A stretch of 57,004 bases of DNA, taken from NCBI GenBank assembly GCA_015520105.1, contig WAQT01000010.1:1-57004 (forward strand), given 5' to 3'. Within the stretch, counting starts at the first letter, position 1. Each line of letters begins with the position of its first letter. The position numbers and the translations under genes were made by a program. This document shows, one piece after another, positions 43,445 through 52,565 of this stretch. The stretch comes from Candidatus Aenigmatarchaeota archaeon (GTDB lineage: Archaea > Aenigmatarchaeota > Aenigmatarchaeia > QMZP01). The notes under the pieces are model-generated. The model saw only the letters and a list, made by a program, of their open reading frames with translations. It was not told the origin of the DNA and did no database searches.

Positions 43445-45436
43445 TCACACAAGAAATATGTCGGTTTCGTTGTTATGAAACACCTTCCTAAAGAAGGGCT
43501 CGAAGCCGTTCCCTATGAACTCTCCGTATTTTCTTTTCTCCGAAGGACCAATATAGATGTAATCTATTCCGTACTCTTTAAGCGTTTCTATAGTGCTTTG
43601 CGTAACATTGTTTGTGTAAAGGTCATCCACAAGATTCTTAAGATTCGTGACGCTTTCGTTATCATAGAACCACATGCTTGCCCCGCCAATGAGAATCTTT
43701 CTTCCTGTGAACGCAGGTATCTTTCCGTAGGGGCCCACAAGATACTCGCTGCTCAGGAACACGGAATCCGGGTCTGTGCTGTTCCTTATCCATTCAAGCG
43801 CATCCCACTCCTGATAGGATATCGTGTCCTTGTCGCTGAGAACTACGTAATAGTATGCCGCAGTGTTTATGATGTTTGATGCGGAGAGAACGAGAATGAG
43901 CGGTACCAGAATCGCTCTTTTTCTGATTATGTTTTTCCTCTCAAGGAAGAGGGTGAAAGAAACTATCAGGGGAATGAACATCAGACGTATGGAATAGTTC
44001 CTTATTACAAATGCGGAGATAGGAATCGTCCTTGTCACAAAGAGCAAAGTTACTATCATAATCGATGCCATGAGGAGTATGAATTCCGTCTTCTTTTTTG
44101 CTGCAACATAGAAAAGGTTTGGAAGCCCTATAATGAACATTATGCCGAACATCATGGCAACCGGGAAAATGAGGTTTCCTTTAAAGAACGGGAGAATGGA
44201 AAATGACGGCGACACGGATTGGTGAAGGAGTGTAGTTTTTATGTAATAGGCGGCAAAGACTACTCCTGAGATGAGAAAGGAATCCACAAAATAGGCAAAT
44301 CTTGGCGCGTCAAAGCCCGAGAGGGTAGTTTTGATAACGAAATAAAGCAATGATGAAAGAAACAGTATGACGCCTGTCACAAAATGGGAAAGAAGAATGA
44401 TTGAGAACAGCAGGGAGAGAAGAATCCTGTTTCTGATGTCCGGTTTTTTGGAAAGCAGGAGATAAAGGAAAGGGAAGAGGAAGAGGGAATAGACGAATCC
44501 GGCAGACTGCGTGATTATGAGGTGGCCGAAGGGAAGGTTGTTCAGGTAGAGTATGTCGAGCGAGCATATGCCGATTGGGCACCTGAACATCTCGTTGTTG
44601 GAAAGCATAAAGGAAGGGAGAGAGGCAAGGCCGTGCTGAAGGTAGCCCAGCGCCTGCAGTGCAAGCAGGATTCCGCCAAAACCGCCTCCGAACACGAAGA
44701 GAAATGTCGCGAGGAGCGACGTTTTCTCCTTCAGGAAGTTTCTGAGGAAGAAGTAGCTCGACAGCACGAACCAAAGGGGAAGGAAGAGGGAGAGCATCTG
44801 GAGTATCTGGAAGAACCTGAGGTTGGTGAAATAGTGGAGAGCGAGCATGTAGACATGGAAGCCGTAGTGGTAGAACCTCGGCTGCTCGACGTTTCCAACA
44901 AACGGGTCGTGTATCGGAAGGTCTTTCTCTATCAGAAGCCTGTTGGCGTATGCCTGATGCATCCATGGGTCGTTGTCGAAATTCCCTCCGTAGCGGATTC
45001 CCTTATCGTCCGGGGTTCCGTTCAGGGCTGCAGGAACGGATATCGCAGCGAAGACCAGAAGCAGGATAAGGAGTAGGGTTCTTGGAAGCTTCTCCTTCTT
45101 GGATGGTTTTGAGAACCTGTGCCACGCAACGGAGGAGAAGGCAAACACGGCAAAAACAAGCAACGAGACAACCTGCCTTGTGAGAAGGACGTTGAGAACG
45201 CTGTTCAGCGTTATCAGGGGAACGACAAGAAGGGCCACTGATAGCGCAGGGGAGAACACAATCCTTGCGAACCTGCTCCTGAAGAAGGCAGAGGATATGA
45301 GGTAGCCGGGAAAGAACGTTGCGAGAGCGAAGCCTGCAAAATGCGGTATGGGAATCCCGAAGAGAATCAGGATGGGAGCAATCACAGACACTGCAAAAAA
45401 CAGAACTGTCTGATTCCTTCTGTTCTGCTTCTTCAT
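43445..45436 (-). CDS. Large polytopic membrane protein with a C-terminal soluble domain, possible divergent GT-C (STT3/AglB-like layout)
   Basis: 663 aa with at least 12 hydrophobic helices. There is an acidic loop motif NFDNDPWMH after the early helices and a C-terminal EWDALEWIRNSTDPDSVFLS block. No WWDYG motif. Confidence 0.4.
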   Translation of the reverse strand: MKKQNRRNQTVLFFAVSVIAPILILFGIPIPHFAGFALATFFPGYLISSAFFRSRFARIVFSPALSVALLVVPLITLNSVLNVLLTRQVVSLLVFAVFAFSSVAWHRFSKPSKKEKLPRTLLLILLLVFAAISVPAALNGTPDDKGIRYGGNFDNDPWMHQAYANRLLIEKDLPIHDPFVGNVEQPRFYHYGFHVYMLALHYFTNLRFFQILQMLSLFLPLWFVLSSYFFLRNFLKEKTSLLATFLFVFGGGFGGILLALQALGYLQHGLASLPSFMLSNNEMFRCPIGICSLDILYLNNLPFGHLIITQSAGFVYSLFLFPFLYLLLSKKPDIRNRILLSLLFSIILLSHFVTGVILFLSSLLYFVIKTTLSGFDAPRFAYFVDSFLISGVVFAAYYIKTTLLHQSVSPSFSILPFFKGNLIFPVAMMFGIMFIIGLPNLFYVAAKKKTEFILLMASIMIVTLLFVTRTIPISAFVIRNYSIRLMFIPLIVSFTLFLERKNIIRKRAILVPLILVLSASNIINTAAYYYVVLSDKDTISYQEWDALEWIRNSTDPDSVFLSSEYLVGPYGKIPAFTGRKILIGGASMWFYDNESVTNLKNLVDDLYTNNVTQSTIETLKEYGIDYIYIGPSEKRKYGEFIGNGFEPFFRKVFHNNETDIFLV

Positions 45437-45512
45437 GCAGATAATTGGGAAATAATTTTAAAACGTTAATACGCGTCCAAATCTTTTATAACTGACTCTC
45501 TATATTGGTGTT

Positions 45513-47189
45513 ATGAAAATTCTCGGGATAAGCTATGCCCATGATTCAGGAGCGTGCGTGATAGAGAACGGAAGGATTCTTTCAAGCATAAACGAGGAGA
45601 GGCTGGCGAAGATAAAGATGAAGGGAGGGCCTCCACTGCTTTCCATAAAGGAGGCGCTCAGGGTAGCCGGAACGAAGCCTGAGAGTATAGGGCTTGTCGC
45701 TTTTGCAGACCTCAGGCCGAGGGATTTCGCGAGGAGGACGTATCCCCTTGTGGCCAGAAGAGTCCTGAGAGGCCTTGTGAGGTTTCCGGGAATAAGGACA
45801 ACAAGAACCAAGAGGAGGAATCTCGGGATTATAAGGAGATTTCTCGAGAGCATCGGCGTGAATGCCGAGGAGAAGTTTGTGGAGCATCACCTCTGCCACG
45901 CAGCGAGCGCGTATTACACGTCAGGGTTTGAGGAGTGCCTTGCAGTGACTTCCGACGGGGAGGGAGATTCCGTGTCCTCAACAGTCAGCGTGTGCAGGGA
46001 CAGCGAGATACACAGGGTTGCATCAACAGACGTCTATCACTCCGCAGGAATGTTCTATTCTTCTGTCACCAATGCGCTGGGATTCAGGATAAACAGGCAT
46101 GAGGGAAAGATAGTGGGCCTCGCTGCATACGGCAATCCTGACAGGGTTTACGGAGAGATCAAAGACCTGCTGACCCTGAACAAGGAGGAGCTGAGAATAG
46201 AAGGCAGGATAGCGAAGTGGTACGTGAAATACGGATGGAGAAGGGTTCCGGATGAACTGAGAAGAATATGCGAAAGAAACAAAAGGGAGGATGTCGCGGC
46301 AGCTTTCCAGAAGAGGCTCGAGGACGTGCTGTCAGGTCTCGTGGACGCTGCTGCAAGGAGGTTCGGTCTGAGAAGGGTTGCTCTTGCCGGAGGGGTGTTC
46401 GCGAACGTAAAACTGAACCAGAGAATCCACGAGCTTGAGAGTGTGGATGAGGTTTTTGTGCACCCGGCAATGAGCGACGCGGGTCTTCATCTCGGAGCCG
46501 CGCTGTACGCGAGCGCGGAACTGGAAAGGGAAGGCGCGGTGAAGGGAACCCTTCAGAGGCTCGGCCACGTCTATCTCGGACCAGAATATTCTGACAGGGA
46601 AATCGAGAAGGCGCTGCAGGGGAAGGGACTGGAGTACGAGAAACATAGAAACATAGAAAGGGAGACTGCCTCTCTTATTTCCGAGGGAAAGGTGGTAGCG
46701 AGGTTTAACGGAAGGATGGAGTACGGGCCGCGGGCTTTGGGAAACAGGAGCATTCTCGCTCTTCCGACAGACCCTTCGATAAACGACTGGCTGAACAAAA
46801 GGTTGAAGAGGACGGAGTTCATGCCGTTCGCTCCCTCCATATTAAGGGAGCATGCAGCGGAGTTTTACAAGGGAATAGAGGGAGCGGAGCACACCGCGGA
46901 GTTCATGACCATAACGTTCGACTCCACAGAGAAGGGATGGAAGGAAGCTCCGGCAGTTGTTCACGTGGACAGGACAGCGAGGCCCCAGTTCGTTCCCAGG
47001 AACGTTAATCCGAGCTACAGGAGGATAATAGAGGAAGTCCATGGCATGACAGGGCTGCCTGTCATTCTCAACACGTCCTTCAATATGCACGAAGCCCCGA
47101 TTGTGTGCAGCCCGGAGGATGCAGTAAACTCGTTTCTGCAGGGCCATCTGGACGCGCTGTCAATAGGAAGGTTTCTGGTCAGGGCTTGA
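45513..47189 (+). CDS. Carbamoyltransferase (NodU/CmcH family)
   Basis: MKILGISYAHDSGACVIENGRI...NEERL at the N-terminus. 558 aa, with the C-terminal NTSFN motif. Confidence 0.75.
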   Translation: MKILGISYAHDSGACVIENGRILSSINEERLAKIKMKGGPPLLSIKEALRVAGTKPESIGLVAFADLRPRDFARRTYPLVARRVLRGLVRFPGIRTTRTKRRNLGIIRRFLESIGVNAEEKFVEHHLCHAASAYYTSGFEECLAVTSDGEGDSVSSTVSVCRDSEIHRVASTDVYHSAGMFYSSVTNALGFRINRHEGKIVGLAAYGNPDRVYGEIKDLLTLNKEELRIEGRIAKWYVKYGWRRVPDELRRICERNKREDVAAAFQKRLEDVLSGLVDAAARRFGLRRVALAGGVFANVKLNQRIHELESVDEVFVHPAMSDAGLHLGAALYASAELEREGAVKGTLQRLGHVYLGPEYSDREIEKALQGKGLEYEKHRNIERETASLISEGKVVARFNGRMEYGPRALGNRSILALPTDPSINDWLNKRLKRTEFMPFAPSILREHAAEFYKGIEGAEHTAEFMTITFDSTEKGWKEAPAVVHVDRTARPQFVPRNVNPSYRRIIEEVHGMTGLPVILNTSFNMHEAPIVCSPEDAVNSFLQGHLDALSIGRFLVRA

Positions 47190-47901
47190 CTGCCTTTACT
47201 ATGTAAGTGAGCGCAAGGGATTTCCACTGCAGCATTTTTGCAAGAAGGGAGAGAGCGTTTTCGGTTCTTTCCGCAAACGGAATCCTCAGGCCGATGTTTA
47301 TTGGGAGATAGGAGACGAAGGCGTCTGCTTCTATTGAGAAACCGGCTATCTCGAGCTTCCTTCTTGCCGCGCGGGGGGAGTACCTCCTGTGAAAACTCTT
47401 GTCTTTGCTTCTCCTGAAGCTTCCGAGCAGGAGTTCGAGCCTTGTAAGAGGAGAGGAAGCGTTCGGGAAGGTGAAGACCGCAACAGCCCCGGGCTTCATT
47501 GTCTTGCGTATTCTCCTCAGAGCGCCCATGTCGTCCCTCACATACTCCAAGGTTCCGACGCATATCACCGCATCGAAAAAACTGTCAGGGAAATCCATGT
47601 CCTCAACGGCCTTTTCAAGAAACCTCGCGTTCCCGGAGGGAAAGCGCTTCCTGCACTCCGCTATCATTCCGGAAGAGATGTCGATTCCGTAATACTCGTA
47701 ACCCTTGGAGAGCAGCGGAGAGACGAACTCTCCGCTTCCGCATCCTATGTCAAGCACCCTTCCCCTTGCTGGCGGAATCATTGAGAGCACTGCCTCCTTT
47801 CTCGCCCCGAAGAACACGTAATTGAAAGAGTCTCTCGAGTATTGCCTTTTCCAGTCTCCCGCGATGCTGTCGAAGTATTCCTTTGTTTCTTTCTCTCTCA
47901 T
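47179..47901 (-). CDS. Class I SAM-dependent methyltransferase
   Basis: VLDIGCGSGEF motif, about 240 aa. Confidence 0.7.
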   Translation of the reverse strand: MREKETKEYFDSIAGDWKRQYSRDSFNYVFFGARKEAVLSMIPPARGRVLDIGCGSGEFVSPLLSKGYEYYGIDISSGMIAECRKRFPSGNARFLEKAVEDMDFPDSFFDAVICVGTLEYVRDDMGALRRIRKTMKPGAVAVFTFPNASSPLTRLELLLGSFRRSKDKSFHRRYSPRAARRKLEIAGFSIEADAFVSYLPINIGLRIPFAERTENALSLLAKMLQWKSLALTYIVKAVKP

Positions 47902-48989
47902 TGTCCCGACATCTCCTTCAGTATGGCAACCTCCCTTTCCATAACATTCTCAAAGAAATATTTTTCTGCCTCTTTCAGGGCAGCCGAGGACATCCTTTCT
48001 CTAAGAGGTTTGTCAGAAACCATTCTTTTTATGGCAGAGGCAAGCCCGGCCGCGTCTCCGGGCTTCACTATCAGGCCCGTGACTCCGTGTTTCACAATCT
48101 CCCTTGAGCCGAGAACGTTGGTCACTATGCAGGGAGTGCCGCAGGCGAAGGACTCTATGACTACCTTCGGGTGGCCCTCCATTGTGAGAGTGGGCAGGAC
48201 AAGCGCGCAGGATTCGGAAATGAGGGATGCCAGCCTGCTTTGCGGAAGCGAGCCGAGGAATGAGACGTTCCGCAGCCCGAGGGACTCGGCCATTCTCTCC
48301 AGTTTCTGCCTTTCCGTTCCCTCGCCGGCTATAAGGACCTTTATGTTCTTGTCTGCAAGCGAGACAGCTTCGAGAAGCACATCGATTCCCTTCAGCCAGT
48401 GAAGCCTTCCAACGAAGATTATCTGCATTCTCTTTCTTCCCACCGGCCTGAAGGTTGTTTCGTCCACGAAGTTGGGTATCACATCCGTCCTTTTTCCGTA
48501 TTTCCTTCTGATTTTCCGCGCAAGCCTGTCCGTTGTTGCCAGAACGCGGTCAACGCCCAGCATGGAGAGCTTCTCTGTCGCTCGCGCGGCAAGATATTTC
48601 AGAAATCCGTGATGCAGCCTTTCCTGCTCGACCCAGTCATAGTGATAGCTCGCGGCTATCCTGTTGCCTGAGATAAGTCTCATAGCAGGCAGGAGAGGGT
48701 TTGCCACCCCGAACGTTCTTATAACCCCTTTCCTGAAGAAGGCGCTGGAGAGGAGGAGAAAGATGTAATAAAGGAGGTGTTTTGCCGCAGGAATTCGCGG
48801 TATGGGGAACGTCACGTGCCTCGCGCCCAGATAGGCGGTGTAGTTCTTCCTGTCTGAGGAGAAGACAGTAACGTCAAAATGTTTCTTGTAAAAATCAACC
48901 TGCTTCCTGAACCTTCCAATGAAGCCAAGCCTCTCCTTCTGGGAGAGTTCTCCGGCTGTTGCCATAACCAGATAGAGTTTTCCTCGCAT
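47898..48989 (-). CDS. GT4 glycosyltransferase
   Basis: C-terminal GT-B motifs: FVGRL..KG, and E-x7-E (EGHPKVVIESFACGTP). Confidence 0.7.
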   Translation of the reverse strand: MRGKLYLVMATAGELSQKERLGFIGRFRKQVDFYKKHFDVTVFSSDRKNYTAYLGARHVTFPIPRIPAAKHLLYYIFLLLSSAFFRKGVIRTFGVANPLLPAMRLISGNRIAASYHYDWVEQERLHHGFLKYLAARATEKLSMLGVDRVLATTDRLARKIRRKYGKRTDVIPNFVDETTFRPVGRKRMQIIFVGRLHWLKGIDVLLEAVSLADKNIKVLIAGEGTERQKLERMAESLGLRNVSFLGSLPQSRLASLISESCALVLPTLTMEGHPKVVIESFACGTPCIVTNVLGSREIVKHGVTGLIVKPGDAAGLASAIKRMVSDKPLRERMSSAALKEAEKYFFENVMEREVAILKEMSGQ

Positions 48990-48993
48990 GAAA

Positions 48994-49908
48994 TCATTCG
49001 ATGTTCCTTATGTAATGCCTCGCGGCCTTTCTCACAGCCGCCTCGGAGTCAAGCTTTGGTTCCCATCCAAGGGATTTAAGCCGCGATGTGTCAAGAAGCA
49101 TTACCGGAACGTCTCCCTTCCATCCCCTGTCCCCGCCAGTGAAAGCGAATTCCGGGGCAACGTCCATCTCCTCGCACACTATCTCCGCTATCCTTTTCAC
49201 CTTTATCTGCGTTTCGGAACCGACGTTGAATATCTGAAATCCCTTTGTTTCGCGAAAGCCTGTGAGCATTCCGTTTATCGTGTCCTCCACATCAAGGTAT
49301 GACTTGTTCTGCTCGCCGTTTCCAAGAATCTCCAGACGATTGGGGTTTCTTTTCAGCTTCCTGACGAAGTCGAAGACCACGCCGTGATCTGAGCCTTCGC
49401 CTATTATGTTTGCGAGCCTGAATATCCACGCATTCATTCCGAATGTGTGGTGGTAGGAAGACAGGAGCGCCTCGCATGAGAGTTTTGACGCTCCGTATAC
49501 TGATATGGGCTGGAGGGGAGAGTAGTCTTCTGGTGTGGGGATGACTCTGGCCTCTCCGTAGACAGCGGAGGTGGACGTGAACACGATGTTCTTCGCTCCG
49601 GAAGAACGCATCGACTCAAGGAGGCGGAACGTGGCGAGTATGTTCTGATTGATGTCCCTTTCCGGACTCTTCTCTCCCGACCTTATGTCCCTGTTCGCAG
49701 CAAGATGGAACACGGTTTCCACTCCGTCGAGCAGGTTGGAAAGATTATCTGTCAGAAGGTCTGCCCTGACAAATTCTATGTTTTCGTGTTTGAGAGGATT
49801 GTTTCCGGACGAGAGGTTGTCGACCACTCTAACGCGGTGCCCCTCGCCCGCAAGCCTTTCTGCCAGATGGGAGCCTATGAATCCCGCGCCTCCTGTGACA
49901 AGCATCAT
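48994..49908 (-). CDS. NAD-dependent epimerase/dehydratase (SDR)
   Basis: LVTGGAGFIGSHL, TSTSAVYG and YGASK motifs. Confidence 0.7.
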   Translation of the reverse strand: MMLVTGGAGFIGSHLAERLAGEGHRVRVVDNLSSGNNPLKHENIEFVRADLLTDNLSNLLDGVETVFHLAANRDIRSGEKSPERDINQNILATFRLLESMRSSGAKNIVFTSTSAVYGEARVIPTPEDYSPLQPISVYGASKLSCEALLSSYHHTFGMNAWIFRLANIIGEGSDHGVVFDFVRKLKRNPNRLEILGNGEQNKSYLDVEDTINGMLTGFRETKGFQIFNVGSETQIKVKRIAEIVCEEMDVAPEFAFTGGDRGWKGDVPVMLLDTSRLKSLGWEPKLDSEAAVRKAARHYIRNIE

Positions 49909-50792
49909 CTTCTCGCCTCGGCCTCCAGATAGCTCTTTAACATATCAAGGTTCCTGAAATAAATAGAGTATGCAAGAACCGGTATGAGCAGTGCAGCGTG
50001 CGCGATTGCGTGCTTCAGGAGTTTCAGCGCGCTTCCGTTGTATACGTTCTTCCTGAAGAACCTTTTCTGGTTCACAAGCTGGTAGTACTTCAGTCTGGGA
50101 AGGGATTCCCTTTTCACAGGAGAAACAAGATGCCTGACAACGCAGTCCGGAACGGCGTAGAGGGAAAAGCCTTTCCGCAGGACGCGATAGCTGTAGTCTG
50201 CATCCTCGTAGTAGGCGTTTCCTATAAACCCTGTGTCAAAGAAGCCGGTCTTCTCTATCGCTTCCCTCCTGTAGGCCATGTTGCAGCCGCTAAGCCACTC
50301 CACAGGAACGGTTTTCTCCACCCTGTCGAAGTTCGATGCGGTGAAGCCTGTGTCAAGAACTTTTCCTATGCCGCTGCAGTTGGCGAAGAACCCGCTTATT
50401 CCGAACGCATGGGCATAGAATCCCATCAGTTTTCCGAGCATTCCCTGTTTATTGGTTTCCCTGTTTTCCTCTGTTATTTTCCCTGTCAGGCCGCCGGCGT
50501 CCGGAAGCCTTGCGAATGCCTTGAGCATGTTTTTTATGTAATCCCTGTGAACAACAGTATCGTCGTCGAAGAAAACCACTATATCGGAGTCCGTGTTCCT
50601 GATGGCAGCGTTTCTTGCGTCAGGAAGACCCTTTCCTTTCTGGACAATCGTTCTGGCCTGACGGAGATTCAGAGGTTTTCTGGATACTATAACAATCTCG
50701 TCAGGCTTCCTGCTCTGGTTTATGAGGGATTCGAGGCACTGACCGAGTTCCTTCTCCCTTGCAAGGGTGCATATAACCGCAGAGACTTTCAT
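49905..50792 (-). CDS. GT2 glycosyltransferase
   Basis: From the ATG at 50792: MKVSAVICTLAREKEL...FFDDDTVV. The longer ORF-track N-terminus overlaps the divergent UbiA gene and looks non-coding. Confidence 0.65.
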   Translation of the reverse strand: MKVSAVICTLAREKELGQCLESLINQSRKPDEIVIVSRKPLNLRQARTIVQKGKGLPDARNAAIRNTDSDIVVFFDDDTVVHRDYIKNMLKAFARLPDAGGLTGKITEENRETNKQGMLGKLMGFYAHAFGISGFFANCSGIGKVLDTGFTASNFDRVEKTVPVEWLSGCNMAYRREAIEKTGFFDTGFIGNAYYEDADYSYRVLRKGFSLYAVPDCVVRHLVSPVKRESLPRLKYYQLVNQKRFFRKNVYNGSALKLLKHAIAHAALLIPVLAYSIYFRNLDMLKSYLEAEARR

Positions 50793-50835
50793 CACAACCA
50801 CGCGATTTTTAAAGAGAACGCATTGTTTAATAAAC

Positions 50836-51693
50836 ATGAAAAAGTATCTTAAGCTTTTGCGCATGCAGCAGTGGTACAAGAACGTGGTGGTCTTCATTCC
50901 CCTCTTCTTCTCGCTTAATGCGATGAACCCTTACATGCTGATGCTTTGCGCCGGAGGGTTTGCCGCGCTCTCTCTTATGTCATCATGCTATTACATACTC
51001 AATGACCTGAAGGATGCAGAGGAGGACAGAAGGCACCCGGAGAAGAGGAAGAGGCCTGTGGCGTCCGGAGAGGTGTCAAAGAAGGCAGCATTTGCTGTCG
51101 CCGCGGCGCTGTTCGCTGCATCGATATCGCTTTCCTATGCGCTGAATCCGGCGTTTGCTGTATTTCCTTTGTTGCTTCTGCTTGTGACCATGTTTTATAC
51201 GTTCAGGCTCAGGAATGTAGCGATAGTGGACATACACGCAATATCCGTTAATTTTCTGATAAGAACAGTGTCCGGAGCGGTTCTGATAGGAGTGAGCATC
51301 TCTCCGTGGCTTGTGATAACGATATTCCTCCTGGCTCTTGTGCTGGCCTCTGGAAAGAGAAGGGCCGAGCTTGAGTTTCTTGGAAAGCATGCGGAGAAAC
51401 ACAGGCCTGTTTACAGGGTTTACACGGGACATCTCCTGGATGCGTTTCTCATGGTTTCGGTCTCCCTCCTCCTGATGTCGTACACGCTCTACACATTTAT
51501 AGCGCATCCGGAAGGTTATCTTGTCTTCACTCTTCCTGTTGCGACGTTTCTGCTTTTCAGGTATATGTATTTTGCGGTTTCCGGAGGCAGGGAGGGAAGG
51601 TCTGCGGAGCATGTATTGAGAGACCCGCAGATGGTTGCCGGAATAGCTGTATGGGTTGCAGCAGTGTTTCTTGGCCTGTATGTGATTGCATGA
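50836..51693 (+). CDS. UbiA-family prenyl-phosphate phosphoribosyltransferase (decaprenyl-phosphate 5-phosphoribosyltransferase / DPPR-synthase-like)
   Basis: LRMQQWYKNVVVF, YILNDLKDAEEDRRHPEKRKRPVASG, FLIRTVSGAV and GKRRAEL parallel the motifs I recall from mycobacterial Rv3806c (RPRQWVKN; NDVRDVEADREHPTKRFRPIAAG; GKRYAEL). Confidence 0.7.
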   Translation: MKKYLKLLRMQQWYKNVVVFIPLFFSLNAMNPYMLMLCAGGFAALSLMSSCYYILNDLKDAEEDRRHPEKRKRPVASGEVSKKAAFAVAAALFAASISLSYALNPAFAVFPLLLLLVTMFYTFRLRNVAIVDIHAISVNFLIRTVSGAVLIGVSISPWLVITIFLLALVLASGKRRAELEFLGKHAEKHRPVYRVYTGHLLDAFLMVSVSLLLMSYTLYTFIAHPEGYLVFTLPVATFLLFRYMYFAVSGGREGRSAEHVLRDPQMVAGIAVWVAAVFLGLYVIA

Positions 51694-52556
51694 GAGTGGT
51701 TGTCGGTTTCGACTCCTTCGGGAGGGAGATTGCGGAAAGGCTTTCATCAGGGTTTGTCAGGATTGAGAGGAGGGTGTTCCCTGACGGCGAGGCGTGCCCG
51801 AGAATAGAGGGAGAAACAGAAGGGAAACACGCGGTTTTCGTGAACAGGATTTCGCAGGGCATGAATGTGAACACATATATCATCGAGAGCGTTCTTGTTC
51901 TAAGAACATTGAGGGAGAGCGGAGCGAAAAGCATTGATTTTGTGATGCCGTACATGGCGTATTCGAGGCAGGCAAAGGCTTACAGGGCAGGGGAACCGCA
52001 ATCTGCGAAGTTTGTGCTGGACGTTTTCAGGGATGCAGGAGCGTCGAGAATATTCACAGTGTCGTCGCATTACGAGAGGGATAAGGAGGTTATTCCTTCC
52101 TCCGTTCCTGTTCGCAACATAAACGGCTTCAGGGCTGTTGCGGAATATGCAAAGAGCATTGAGGCAAAGAATCCTGTTGTTGCCGGCCCGGACCTCGGCG
52201 TGTCATCGGAAGCGAAGCGTGTCGCCGAGTTGTGCGGTTACGAGTGCCTGATAATGGAGAAGGAGAGGCGCGCAGAAGGCGTTGAGGTTAAAGGAAGCCC
52301 GGACGTCGAGGGAAAGGATGTTATTCTGGTTGATGACATAATAAGCACCGGAAGCACTATGATGAAGGCGGCCGGTCTTTGCAGGAAGAACGGAGCGCGC
52401 TCTGTTCACGCCGCAGCGGTTCACGGAGTCTTTGCATCCCGCTCTTTGGAGAGGATGAGAAGCGTATTTGACAGCATTGCTGTCTCGGACAGCATAGAAA
52501 CTCCTGTGTCTCTGATAAGGGTTTCGGGCCTTATTGCCGAAGGGATTGGGGATTAA
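51690..52556 (+). CDS. prs: Ribose-phosphate pyrophosphokinase (PRPP synthase)
   Basis: FPDGE, MPYMAYSRQ and VDDIISTGST motifs. The ATG overlaps the UbiA stop (ATGA at 51690..51693). Confidence 0.75.
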   Translation: MRVVVGFDSFGREIAERLSSGFVRIERRVFPDGEACPRIEGETEGKHAVFVNRISQGMNVNTYIIESVLVLRTLRESGAKSIDFVMPYMAYSRQAKAYRAGEPQSAKFVLDVFRDAGASRIFTVSSHYERDKEVIPSSVPVRNINGFRAVAEYAKSIEAKNPVVAGPDLGVSSEAKRVAELCGYECLIMEKERRAEGVEVKGSPDVEGKDVILVDDIISTGSTMMKAAGLCRKNGARSVHAAAVHGVFASRSLERMRSVFDSIAVSDSIETPVSLIRVSGLIAEGIGD

Positions 52557-52565
52557 TGGCCGGGA

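Noticed and set aside
43445-45436. Calling the 663-aa membrane protein a bona fide AglB oligosaccharyltransferase
   Set aside because: The WWDYG catalytic motif is absent. Only the layout and weak local resemblance support the idea, so it is kept as a low-confidence hypothesis.
50793-50897. N-terminal extensions of the GT2 (49905..50897) and of UbiA (50767..50835), and likewise 35614..35748
   Set aside because: The extensions overlap the divergent or upstream neighbour and lack family similarity. Internal ATGs give canonical N-termini (MKVSAVICT..., MKKYLKLLRMQQW..., MRILKFLPVL...).
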